Assembly (NCBI GenBank): GCA_951804945.1
Contig: OX638149.1
Coordinates: 83,328,001 to 83,392,000, forward strand
Source of the DNA: Podarcis cretensis
Taxonomy: Eukaryota
Length of the DNA: 64,000 nucleotides
Reading direction: 5' to 3'
Positions 13,911 to 26,300 of the stretch are shown piece after piece; position 1 is the first letter of the stretch; each line of letters starts with the position of its first letter. A program made the position numbers and the translations under genes. The notes under the pieces were generated by a model. The model did not search any database. It saw only the letters and a list, made by a program, of their open reading frames with translations, and was not told the DNA's origin.

Positions 13911-14901
13911 CACTCCAGCTATTGTCTTTGCAACCAACTTCTCTGCAAAATAGGAGAGATCCCTAAAGTCATGTTTATCTAGTACTGCAAGCAATCTAAG
14001 GAGTGACAAGGATGACATTTTAGCCATGCAAATGTATGCCACCTCTTCTCACTACAATACCCACCACATAAAGAGAAATTAAGTAGAAAGGTGAGCAGAG
14101 CAGACTACTAAACTAGATGAAACCATTAGTTCCATTGCCCCATGCCAGAGTCAAATGCAAGCAAAATGGATTCTGCATACAGTACAAAAAAAAGTCGAAC
14201 TTCATGCAAGAGGATGACCTGTACTAAGTACATTTTGCATGCAACAAGACAAACTGTGTTGAACAATAGCTGTAACTGGATGAGGCACACACCCTCTGTA
14301 CAAATACTAAGCCAGGGGTTGGGAACCTATGGCTCTCTGGATTAAGTTGAGCTCCAGCTCCCATATTAGGCAGATCGAGCAGCTCTCTAATGAACGCTGG
14401 AGACCATCGTACTCCTGTCTGCTCTGCAGTATTTTTCTAGCAACCTATACGCTGAGGGAAGCAGGAGGTCTACAAAGAGGAAGGTGAGAATCTCTCTTGC
14501 AAGTGCAGGACTGACTTGATCTCAAGTCATTGGGTGAAAAGTCTAAATAAAGGGCCACGACCCCACATCCCTCTCCCGTTTCTCTTACAGAGATACAACC
14601 TCACTCCGCCCCCCAAACACTATTCCCCCTCCCCTGTTTTTCTCCCCACTTTCTGAAGCCCCCCCTTAGCCTGACTTATTCTCTCCCCCTGCACCTGTTT
14701 ACAGAAGCGCAGGGAATGGCCTGCTCCCGCCTTGAAGTCGTTAATGGCACGAGGGAGCTCTTGCTCCTAGCTGCTCCCGAGAGATTCGCGCTAAGATTCC
14801 CACCAGCAGCGCCGACCTGAGCAGGAGCGCGCACGCGCCGAACGGGAGCTGCTGATTGGCCGCCGCCTTCGAGGAGATAAAGCAGAGCCGGGGCTGCTTA
14901 C

Positions 14902-16501
14902 CTGGGTACTTGGCCTAGAGGGGAAGTCCGAAGCGAGCAGCTTTATCGCGCCCCCCCCTCCATTCAAATATAGCTCCAAGCCCCGTTGCACTCTGGGAAA
15001 TGCAGTCCAAAAGGAAGGAGAAGGCGCGCCGCGCTCGATCCAGGAGCATGCCGGGAATTGGAGTTCTTCTTTACAGGGACGTTCACACGAGTTAAAGCAA
15101 CCACACGGTTCCAATTATAGCGACAGATACTTTACTGTCAGCTTCCCACGAGTCCTTCCCGCCGCAAATAGTGCGTCGGATCCAATCACAATTAGGCTCG
15201 AGGGTCGTTACTGGGATTTTACATTGTCATTCGGTGGGTGGTGCCGCCTTCAGGCTCGTAATTATGGAAGATATCTAGGTTCTTATCTCGATATGAAACT
15301 TCAGGGCTCCTTAAGGCATTTCTGCTGCCGCTTCTCTTCCCTGGGATGGAAGGGGAGATCTTTTTACGAGGTCAGGAGGGAACCTGTATTGCAGCGCATG
15401 TAGCTTTAATTAACAAGAAGAAAGAGCAAAGACAGCGGCTTCCCTCTAACTTGGGGAGTTTATATCACGCGAAACCTGTGATCTGGTTTTTGAGCGTTTT
15501 CTGCACGCTTAAAAAAATGGGATTTACGACGCTCCTGCGGTGTATTAACATCACAGGGCAGAGGTGAAGTTGAGACTGGACTGGATTTTCAGCAAAACAT
15601 TCTCCTTACCAAACGCATATCGGGTAGCACTACAGTGGTGCCTCAGGTTACATACGCTTCAGGTTACAGACTCTGCTAACCCAGAAATATTACCTCGGGA
15701 TAAGAATTTTGCTTCAGGGTGAGAACAGAAATCGTGCTCCAGCGGCGCGGCAGCAGCAGGAGGCTCCATTAGCTAAAGTGGTGCTTCAGGTTAAGAACAG
15801 TTTCAGGTTAAGAACGGACCTCCGGAACGAATTAAGTACTTAACCTGAGGTACCACTGTAGTTACCTCGTTAAACTGCAGAGGACACCAAAAACCACTTC
15901 TGCTCTCCTGTACAGCGTTCAGGCAGGTGTCTTTGTGCCCCGTTGCCTTGGCGTGCGAACACGCCGCACTTCCCAATACTTTAAAAACAAAATACCCACG
16001 AATTAAGAGCTAGAAGGAGCAGCAGCTGCTGCTCCATCTGCTACTGCAACCGGATGGGTGCATTCCAATTCCTTAGCTCTCCATTGTTCTCTTGAATTTT
16101 GCCGCGAGAAAGAGGGGCGCGGAGCAGGAGTTGAAAGGCTTCCAAATACGGATTAGCACGCGCGCAGCCGAACGCGGCTACTCCTCGGTCCCAATGCATG
16201 CCGGGAGTTGTAGTTGTTGATGGGCACGGCTGGAGCCCTCCGGATCCGGAAGGTGGTTGCCTTTCCTGGTCCGTTTGGCCTCGCAGCGATGCCTTTGCTT
16301 TCCTTCCTTCCGGAAGTGCGGGGGCGGGAGGAAGAAGAGGAAGATTCCGCTTCCGGCCGACTGCTGGAGTCTCCCGCGCGCTGGCGTCTGGCGCGCGGTA
16401 CAGTTTAAAGAAGCTGGCCACGGCCACCGGAAGTAGAATCCTCCTCCTCGATCTCGTGGCCCGGAAGCGGCCGTGAGGCAGAGACCGAAGAGGCGCTCGC
16501 C
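14902..16501. promoter_or_regulatory. Head-to-head TMEM109/PRPF19 CpG-rich promoter region, including a probable TMEM109 non-coding exon 1 (minus-strand donor CAG|GTAAG at 14902)
   Basis: CpG-rich flanks. ZNF143/THAP11-type ACTACAnnTCCC(A/G)GCATGC-like motifs on the minus strand at 14988-15008, 15046-15066 and 16196-16215. ETS CCGGAAG(T/C) at 16310, 16427 and 16461; CCAAT boxes. Confidence 0.8.
15633..15858. mobile_element. Tc1/mariner-type MITE inserted between the two promoters
   Basis: TIR CAGTGGTGCCTCAGGTTA / TAACCTGAGGTACCACTG with TA duplication. Near-identical to 50690-50898. Confidence 0.88.
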
Positions 16502-19500
16502 ATGTCCCTCATCTGCTCCAGTGAGTGACTCGCCTTCGCCTTTTCTCGTGCCCCTTCCGGCCTTCCGGCTCCTCACAGCATTCTAGGGGGGGGGGCAGGG
16601 GGGAAGGGGAGGGAGCAGCCAGTGGTCTACAGTTGGTGGGGAAAGGGAAAGCGGGGGAGGGGGGAGTTGAGGGTTCCAAGCACAATAATGCTGGTCATGA
16701 GGATGTGTTAAATACATTGCTGTGGGCGGTTGCATGGCCCTCTCCTGTGTCCACAGAGCTCCACATGCCCAATTTACTTGCCCCAGGCCTTTAAAATAAC
16801 CCAGCAGTACAATTCAGCAACAGTGCTTTTCTGGCCCCCGGTGGAGATGCTGAGGCTGAGAGTGTGTGGTTTCCCCAAGACTGCCTGGCGAGTTCCTAGA
16901 AGAGATGAGGTTCCAACAAGGGGGGCTTCCTGATTTGCAGCTCTGTCTTGCGCCACTACGGATGGTGTTTGTGACATTTCCCAGTTTGGTTTTATGCATG
17001 TTCACTCAGGAGTAAGTCTCAGCATACCTGAAGTAGCTAAATCTTTAGTAAGTATGTTGAGTTTTGCAGCCTCAACTATTGAGCCTCAATCTTGAAGCAC
17101 AAAACTCTTGCTTGGATCTTTTAAGGTTAATCTTAATTGTCTTTCTGAGGGTCCAAAGATGTTGGAATGGCGGGTAAATAACATTCTTATGACCTTGCAT
17201 TTCATTTCTGGTAACAAAAACAATGGGTTACCCTGATCTGTCAGCTCAGAGATGAGAATGGACCCATTAGGTCATATAGACTGATCTTTGCCAGAAGACA
17301 AGATAGCATTTGCTTTTATGCTGTATACTGCTTTGCAACATTTTATATGAAAATGCAGTCTGTAATCATGTAAATAAATAAAAAGATAGCAAAATTTGGG
17401 GCACCGTTGTTATCATGGACAGGTACTTAAAAGATTCGCTTGGCAATGGGCACTGTTGTTAAATGGTATTTATTATCCATTTAGTTTTCTTATGATTGTA
17501 ATACTTTGTAATTAATTAAAGTTATTAATTTATGTCATATTAAGGTGATGGAGTGCTTTACAGAATTTGGTAATGATATCAGAGCAGCTCTGCAGCTGTT
17601 CCTATTTTTTAGATGAGCAACTGGGAGTAAGTGGGGTGCACAAAGCTGCTGAGTTATAGTGTGAAACTTGGTTATTATACATTCAATAAGCAAAATAGTC
17701 TATGATCGTATAGGCATTTCTTTGAACAGGCACCAGCCTCTGACTAACCTTCTTAATCAAACCAGAATGTAAATTCTAGTTTACCATTGTTGCATAGTCT
17801 GTAATGAGAGAACCTTATTTGAGTTATTTTTAGTGCAGGAAATACATTATTATAAAGAGGTGTTTGCACACTTCTGGTTAGCACTTTAAAAATACTCTTG
17901 GTGGTGTGCTATGCCCCCCCCCCCAGGTTATGCTACAGATGGAATATATCTTTAACAAACTTGTATAGTTCTGCAGAATTAGCAGGTACAACAGAGCAGC
18001 ACAGACGTTTTGTATATATGTATATCACCTCCTGCTCAATGTATCTAGAAAACAGACTTGTTGAGTGAAGTGGATTTAAGATTTTTCTTTTAATTACTCT
18101 TTAGGCTGTTTTAATGCACCTGTAATTGTGCATTCAGTTATGTGGGTGTAATTGGAATTCTGCATATCAAGGCATTGAAAAAAGCCTGTGGGTGTGATTT
18201 GAATGCACGACTTCTCTCTCTCTAGGACTTCAGGCTTTCTCAATCATATTCTATCAGATTTAGAAGCTCTAACTAATTCTCTTTAGAGACTATGACAATC
18301 CTAACTGAATGTTAACTAATTTTAACTTTGTGCTTCACAGGTACCACATGCCAAATACTTGCCTCGCAAGACAAAAAGAATCCGTTACGCGATTCTCTTC
18401 GTCTAGTGGTTTTTTCGTCTTGCGAAGCAAGCCCAATGATGGCTTAGCGGATTAGTGCTTTTAGCGGCTTAGCGGATAAGCGGCTTAGAAAAAGGGGGGG
18501 AGGGGAAAAACCCCGCAGGAACTTGCAAGACATTTTCGTCTTGCGAAGCAAGCCCATAGGAAATTCGTTTTGCGAAGCACCTCCAAAATGGAAAACTCTT
18601 TCGTCTAGCGAGTTTGCCGTCTTGCGAGGCATTCGTCTTGCAGGGCACCACTGTATTAAAGAGCATTATTTTTATGATTGTTAAGATTATGGAATGGACT
18701 CTACCCTCAGCTCTTTAGGTTTAGTTATTTTTATATATCTGGATTCTTTATACTTTAGGCCAAAATTATTTAGGCTTGACTTGGCTAAGATGGACAGGTT
18801 TTCCGACTGTCAATGGGAAAATCTAAATGATAACCTAAACAGTACTAGATGGGAAGGAGCAGACAGTAATTTTTTTGGCAAAGGAGTAATACTCTCACAA
18901 GGTCTGCATTAATGGGTGGTCCACACTTACAGTTCTTACACACTTGCAATTTATTGTACGTGTAGGTGATTTCCACCTTTTTTATCGATACAGCTATCAG
19001 CTGCTGATTCCTTCTCCAGTCACTAACCTAGTTTGGCACGGCAGTCTGTTGCCCGAAGCACAGGGAGCCCTCCGGAGGGTTCCCCGTGCTTCGGGCGAGT
19101 GCCTGCAAGCCTTGAGCGCCCGGCAGGAGCTCCCGCCGAGCGCGCAAGGCTTGGGGCGGCAGTCTGTTGCCCGAAGCACAGGGAGCCCTCCGGAGGGCTC
19201 CCCGTGCTTCGGGCGAGTGCCTGCAAGCCTTGAGCGCCCGGCAGGAGCTCCCGCCGAGCGTGCAAGGCTTGGGGCGGCAGTCTGTTGCCCGAAGCACAGG
19301 GAGCCCTCCGGAGGGCTCCCCGTGCTTCGGGCGAGTGCCTGCAAGCCTTGCGCGCTTGGCAGGAGCTCCCGCCGAGCGCGCAAGGCTTGGGGCGGCAGCC
19401 TGCAGCCCGAAGCACGTGGAGCCCTCCGGAGGGTGCCCTGTGCTTTGGGCAGGCCTGTGCAAGGCTTGGGGCGGCAGCCGCGGCTGGGGGGGAAATAATT

Positions 19501-20325
19501 TTTTTTTATTCATTCCCCCCCCCCCCAAAAAAAACCGATGTGCGTCCTATGGGCCGGTGCGCCCTATAGGACGAAAAATACGGTATTTTTCAAATGATGG
19601 ACTGATTGATTCTCAGTTAAACATCTGTCATTGAGCTTGAGCTAGTTTAAGAGATTTGAGAACTTAAAGAAGAAAAGTCACTTGATCCAGGGACTGCACA
19701 TATATATTGGCCTATCCCAACCTCTCTTTTTTTAATGATGACTGCTCCTTCTCAGGCTGCTCAGAAAAAGCAATTGAGTTCCAGAAATTCATTCCGATTG
19801 TGCAGATGAAATATAACTGATAGACTTCTACAGGATGGGGTATTCGGGTGCGGAAACAGCCCAGATCCAGTGATCCCTAGATGATGGAGATGTCAGGCGC
19901 CATCCTAGCCCCCAAGCATCTTCACTTGGTCACAAGTGGTCAAAAGCCAACTGCAAGATGCACCTGGCTAATTTTGAACACCGCATAAACAATAAACACA
20001 ACATCAAAAAGAACACGACCAAATCGAACAATTTCCACATAAATCATAAGACACAAAATAAAGCTACAAAAAATTAACAGCAACAACCCCCTCTAAACAA
20101 TACCCCAGCTCAGGATTCTGTTCTGCATCCTCAGCTTTTGTAACTGGAGTCATTCAGGGCCCTGCCCTCCCAGATCAGGTAGAAAAAGGCTTCCAAGGCA
20201 GGGAGCAGGTCTCTGACGGGTTCACATTATGGTCAGTTTATGAAAAACATTCCTGTATTGAGTTCTCACCGGTAATGTCCAGGAATTGCTATCCATGTTG
20301 TAACATTTTCCTGCTCCTGCTCCTA

Positions 20326-20359
<34 letters not shown>

Positions 20360-23300
20360 ACATAATTGGCTGCTGCTTGTGGGGTGGGGAAATGGGCAGT
20401 GCAGTGATGTCACGAGGCAGGAACAAATAGATCTGTGACATCCAATGTAACCTTTCAGCATTAGGCTGCTAGTTGGCAGGATTTTCTAATATATGCGCTT
20501 CCATGACTGAAATTTAACAAGTGGAAGGGCTAAAATTCAGCTTTGACCATTATGCATTGATGTCTAGCAATTGTGTATTAGACATTGGGTTGGATCCATA
20601 CCAAGTTAGCTCAGCTTGGGTCTTGCTGAAATCAGTGGGACTTGGGTTCAGCTAACTTGATCCTGACGCAACCCATAGTATGTGACATACTGTGCATCTT
20701 TGGTTGGTAGGCTTTGTGAAGTCTTAGACTCATTTAATTGTAGAGTTGAAAAGGGACCCTGAGGTCTTTTGATTCTGTGGTTTTGCTTTTGGTGTCAATT
20801 TACAAATATGACATGAAGGAATGCAAATATTAAAACAGTTGCATTTTATTTTATTTTTTATCACTATTGGGACAGAAGAAGAATCAGAAGAAGAAACTTA
20901 AATGTCTTCCCTTTTAAACTTAAATAATTAGTAGGAACACAAACTTCTTCAAAGCTTATACATGCTGCAATTTAAAGAGCACATGAATGTGTTTTTTTCT
21001 GTGGCAGGATCTCGGCACAGCCCAAATTGTTTGAAAGATTGTGTAGTTTAGTGCATTGTGTTATAGCTCAGGTCAGCTTAGGGAAGGAAGAATAAGTTGC
21101 ACATGAATACATACTGGAAGTTGTGCCTGTCAGGACTTCAGTAGTGGCTGATGCCCATTGAGTTTGGTAGGGCAGAGCAAGAAGTCAGAGGCCAAGGGTA
21201 GGTGGAGCCAGAGGCAATGACTAGCAGACTCAAACAGTTAGAGTTTTGTCCCCATTCTCCCTGCTGAGTTCTACAGTGGTGCCTCGCAAGACGAAATTAA
21301 TCCATTCCGAGAGTCTCTTCATCTAGCGGTTTTTTCGTCTTGCGAAGCAAGCCCATTGACGGCTTAGCGGGTTAGCGCTATTAGCGGCTTTTAGCGGATT
21401 AGTGGATAAGCAGATAAGCGGCTTATCGGCCTAGAAAAAGGGGGGGGGGGAGCTCGCAAGACATTTTCATCTTGTGAAGCAAGCCCATAGGATATTCGTT
21501 TTGCGAAGCACCTCCAAAACGGAAAACCCTTTCGTCTAGCGGGTTTTCCGTCTTGCGAGGCATTCGTCTTGCGGGGGCACCACTGTACAAGGGCAACACA
21601 AGAGACTAAAGTGGAGGATGCAGGCAACAAGGGCCACCACCTTGGACCGGATGTAAGAAAGAAGGCATATGTGGTGGGGGAAACACTGGTTGAGGGCAAG
21701 CATAGGCTGCCGGTGCAGTGCTCCAATCTCCCTGCAAACCTGCCTCCATTGTCAGGGCTGGTTCTTCACACAATGCCTAAACTAGTAATTCTGGAGCTTG
21801 ATTAATTTTGTAGTTCATGCTCTTGTTATGCTCTTGTTTTACAAAAGTATAGATAATCAAAAAGAAGCACAATGTGCTACAACATTTTTACTGTAGATTC
21901 CATTGGGCTGGGATGCTTCATTTCCCCTATTACTTCTGTATCTCTACTTCGTAAAGTGCTGTGAAACATGGATGGTTGAATGACTTTTGCCAATTCTTTC
22001 TATTGTCCCTTTTCTTATAGTTTCAAATGAGGTGCCTGAGCATCCCTGTGTGTCTCCTGTCTCAAACCATGTCTATGAGAGAAGGCTGATTGAAAAGTAT
22101 ATTGCAGAGAATGGGACTGATCCAGTGAACAACCAGCCACTGTCTGAAGAGCAACTCATAGATATCAAAGGTGAGGAAGGACAGAAGAGTCAGAGGCGCT
22201 TGAGTCTCCCTTGTGTTTGATAATAGTTGAGTGTGGAGTTGCCAATCTTAGTCTTCACCTTTTAAGACCTTGGGTGGCAGGAAATTCTTGAAACCTGATC
22301 GCTGACTGATAAAGGGTGCTGTGCTTGAACAAATGGTCAGAGTTGATAGAGTCTGACAATACCTGAAGAGCACGACATTAGTTACCTTTGTTCCAGGGTA
22401 TGCTGAAACCAGGATGCTATGAGGTACTGGTCTAGCATATTGCACAACAGGAAAAGCTAAATCAAATATTGATAAGGATAGTCTCTCTGCTTTGCTATTT
22501 TGTTGTCTAATATGACTGTTCCAAACGCATCAGGGCCCGGTGAGGTTATAAATGGGTCTAGATAAAGGAAGGGTTGCTAACAAAAGTATTCGGTGCTTTA
22601 AACCAGGGGTAGGGAGCTTGTGACCCTCCAAATGCTGTTGGACTACTTCTCTTACCATCACTGGCCATGCTGGTTGAGACTGATGGAGTTGGAGTGTAGG
22701 GCCATCTAGAGGGCCACAGCTTACCCACTTTTGCTTTTAACTCAAGAGCAGTCTGCCTACTCGCCTCAGTAACGTCAGCATCTATGTCCTCCCACTTGCC
22801 TTCCCACGTCAGCAAAACTCCCTCTACCCCCAGCTCTTTCTTCTCCTTAGCTTGCTTGTGGTTCCTTCCATCTGTCCCACAATCCCTGTGGCCTTCTGCT
22901 CCCCCCCACAGTTCACTTTTTTGACTTCTCAATGCATGGATGTCATGAGCAATGGATAAAGGCAAATAGGTGGTTGTTGAATTGCAGCAGTTAAAAAAGC
23001 TTGCAAAAGGCATGTGCCTTTTGAACCATTCTTCCAAGCAGCCTTTATTTTAAAGGTGTGTAAGGCAGGTTTGTAAGGATAATAATCGACGGCTCTTTCT
23101 GGAGGTAATGCTTTCTTGTTCCTTTGTAATCCCCAGTTGCCCACCCAATTCGGCCAAAGCCACCATCTGCTACTAGCATTCCAGCCATTCTAAAGGCACT
23201 TCAAGATGAATGGGTAAGTATCTTTAATATATATATATGGGGGGGGGGCTCCTCCTCTGCTTGCTGAGATGATGGAACTGGAAATGTTCTCCTCTGTGTC

Positions 23301-26300
23301 TTAAGGCGTTCCTCCCTGCTTTCAGCCATGCTTAAGAGTGGCAGGAAGCAAGAACGTTCAGGATTGGAAAGTTTTTGGAGGAAGGAGACTTCTAAGCCAG
23401 GAGTAGTTTGCTCCTCAGAAAAAATCAATACAGCATAATGTTTTGGCCAGATATTCAAGAAACTACTCCGGTGTTTAATGCAATATGGCCTAGCTGTTGC
23501 TATGCCAAAGATCAGTTACTATGCTGATGTGCTTCCTTAGGATGCTGTCATGCTGCACAGTTTCACGCTACGCCAGCAGCTGCAAACTACACGTCAGGAA
23601 TTGTCCCATGCACTATACCAGCATGATGCTGCCTGCCGTGTCATTGCCCGTCTCACCAAAGAGGTCACTGCTGCGAGAGAAGGTAAAGACGCAGAAGATT
23701 ATATGTTATTTGGGTGGTGTTCAGGGAAACAGTCCACAGTGCCAGCTTTAACCTGCCAAACCACCTTTTCTCTATCTCTCCCCAGCTTTGGCAACTCTGA
23801 AACCCCAGGCTGGCCTCATCGTTCCCCAGGCTGTACCTTCTTCACAACCCAACGCTGTGGTAAGTCACACACATGTATCGGTCAATAATTCTCTTTGTGC
23901 TCTTTCTTCTCTGGGCTAATCATGCTCTTCATTGTCTTCCTACAGGGTGCTGGTGAACCAATGGACTTAGGAGAGCTGGCTGGAATGACCCCAGAGATTA
24001 TCCAGAAGGTAAGAAATATCCCTGGCTTGCTATTTGCCATCCAGATCATGCTATAGCTTATACAGTTACGATCTCCCAATCTGAGCTCTATAGCTGGCTT
24101 TGTCAGAACATGCCACTTCCACACTGTTGTGCCTTCCCTTTCTACATTACGGCTGCAGTGTCTAACAGGTCAATCAGTTGCAGCTTCATCTGTTCTCCAG
24201 CTTTTCAGGAATCACTGATACACCCTGGCTGTCAGAGGAAGCAGAAAAGAGTGGGCAGACAGATGGAATAGCCTCTTCTCTGTCATGGTGCCATTCCCCA
24301 GCAGCAACAGGCAAAAAGTAGCGTGGGTCAGCAGCATTGTCCCCTGCTTACCCTGCTAGCATACCATGCTTGAAGCTGGCTTCTCCTAATGCTGTTCTCT
24401 TTTTGCAGCTTCAAGACAAAGCCACAGTGCTGACCACGGAGCGTAAAAAGGTGAGTGCCCCTATCTCAATATTTGCTCTACAGGCGGGGAAGCACTTGAG
24501 TTATCTAGGGGTGCTTGCAGTATATTTGTTCTCATGATTGCTGCAAAGGTGCAACTCCCTGTGCTAGGATGCTCCTGTTACAAGGAGTTTAGTTCTATGT
24601 TGTCTTTTTGGCAGAGAGGGAAGACCGTGCCGGAGGAACTGGTGAAGCCGGAAGAACTCAGCAGATACCGGCAGGTGGCTTCACATGTGGTGAGTATGGT
24701 GATCATAATTGATTGGGAAGGCTACCATGAAGGAATCCTCTCATCTAAGCCGAACACTTCCTAGGTTTTACCAAAAATAAAGTTTAGCATTCTCTATCTG
24801 AACAACTCTGCACTAGCTATCCATTGATCTAAGCCAGGGGTAGAGAACCATGACAGGCTACTTTGACAGATGGGCAGGATTCCACTCACCTGTCAATCAC
24901 CTGATGTCAGGTGACAAGCAAGACTTGAAATCACCACTGACCGGTGCTGACTTGAAATCTGCTTTCTGTAGGGGTCACCCAATGCTGGAGGGCATGCTGT
25001 CACCACCTACCATCTGATTTAGGATGACAGCAACCCTTCTTTGCCAATGAACAATTAGGAGTACACTTTAAGGCTCTCTATTGTGAATTGGAAGCTGCAT
25101 CTCTGCCTGCCTCACACCTGATCTCTTATATGCCAGGCTTGGACTGGAGGTCTTCCTTGTCTGCTGGAAGCTTAACCATATTTTGCAACATGCTGGCCTG
25201 GAGTGTGAAGGCTCTGAGCTCTTAGACCTCTGTTGCCTCCTCCAGCCTTTCCAAATTAACAATACTTTGCTGCTTTTACGGCCGAAACCAAACTGGTGTT
25301 GCTCTTTGCTAGTAGCTTCTCTCTTGATTCTGGAACAGCTTCAAGCTCATTTACCATTTGATTGCACAAGGAAAGTACCGTATTTTTCGCTCTATAACAC
25401 GCACCTGACCATAACACGCACATCGTTTTTAGAGGAGGAAAACAAGGGAAAAAACATTCTGAATGAAACAGTGGATGTATCATTTTTGGGCTTCATGCTG
25501 TGGCCACAGACATGTGATCTGATGGTGAATTTGGGGTGACCCAATGCAAAGATCCTGAGTATCCCTGTGGATCCATGCTTTGTAACCACGTTTTTGCACC
25601 ATTGCAGCCCCAGGCAACAGTGGGTGCGTGATTTTTTTGGTGCAGGCTGTAGCCATGGACATGCTATGTGATCTGATGGTGAATTTGGGGTGACCCAATG
25701 CAAAGATCCTGAGAATCCCTGTGGATCCATGCTTTGTAACCACATTTTTGCACCATTGCAGCCCCAGGCAACAGTGGGTGCGTGATTTTTTTGGTGCAGG
25801 CTGTAGCCATGGACATGCTATGTGATCTGATGGTGAATTTGGGGTGACCCAATGCAAAGATCCTGAGAATCCCTGTGGATCCATGCTTTGTAACCACATT
25901 TTTGCACCATTGCAGCCCCAGGCAACAGTGGGTGCGTGATTTTTTTGGTGCAGGCTGTAGCCATGGACATGCTATGTGATCTGATGGTGAATTTGGGGTG
26001 ACCCAATGCAAAGATCCTGAGAATCCCTGTGGATCCATGCTTTGTAACCACATTTTTGCACCATTGCAGCCCCAGGCAACAGTGGGTGCGTGATTTTTTT
26101 GGTGCAGGCTGTAGCCATGGACATGCTATGCGATCTGATGGTGAATTTGGGGTGACCCAATGCAAAGATCATGAGAATCCCTGTGGATCCATGCTTTGTA
26201 ACCACATTTTTGCACCATTGCAGCCCCAGGCAACAGTGGGTGCGTGATTTTTTTTGGTGCAGGTTGTACCCATGGACATGCTATGTGATCTGATGGTGAA

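Noticed and set aside
13911-14042. N-terminal extension of TMEM109 suggested by the ORF track
   Set aside because: A splice acceptor at 13942 makes the upstream part intronic. The ATG at 13910 gives the expected protein length.
18944-19634. Several overlapping 100-180 aa ORFs
   Set aside because: They are by-products of the GC-rich palindromic tandem repeat.
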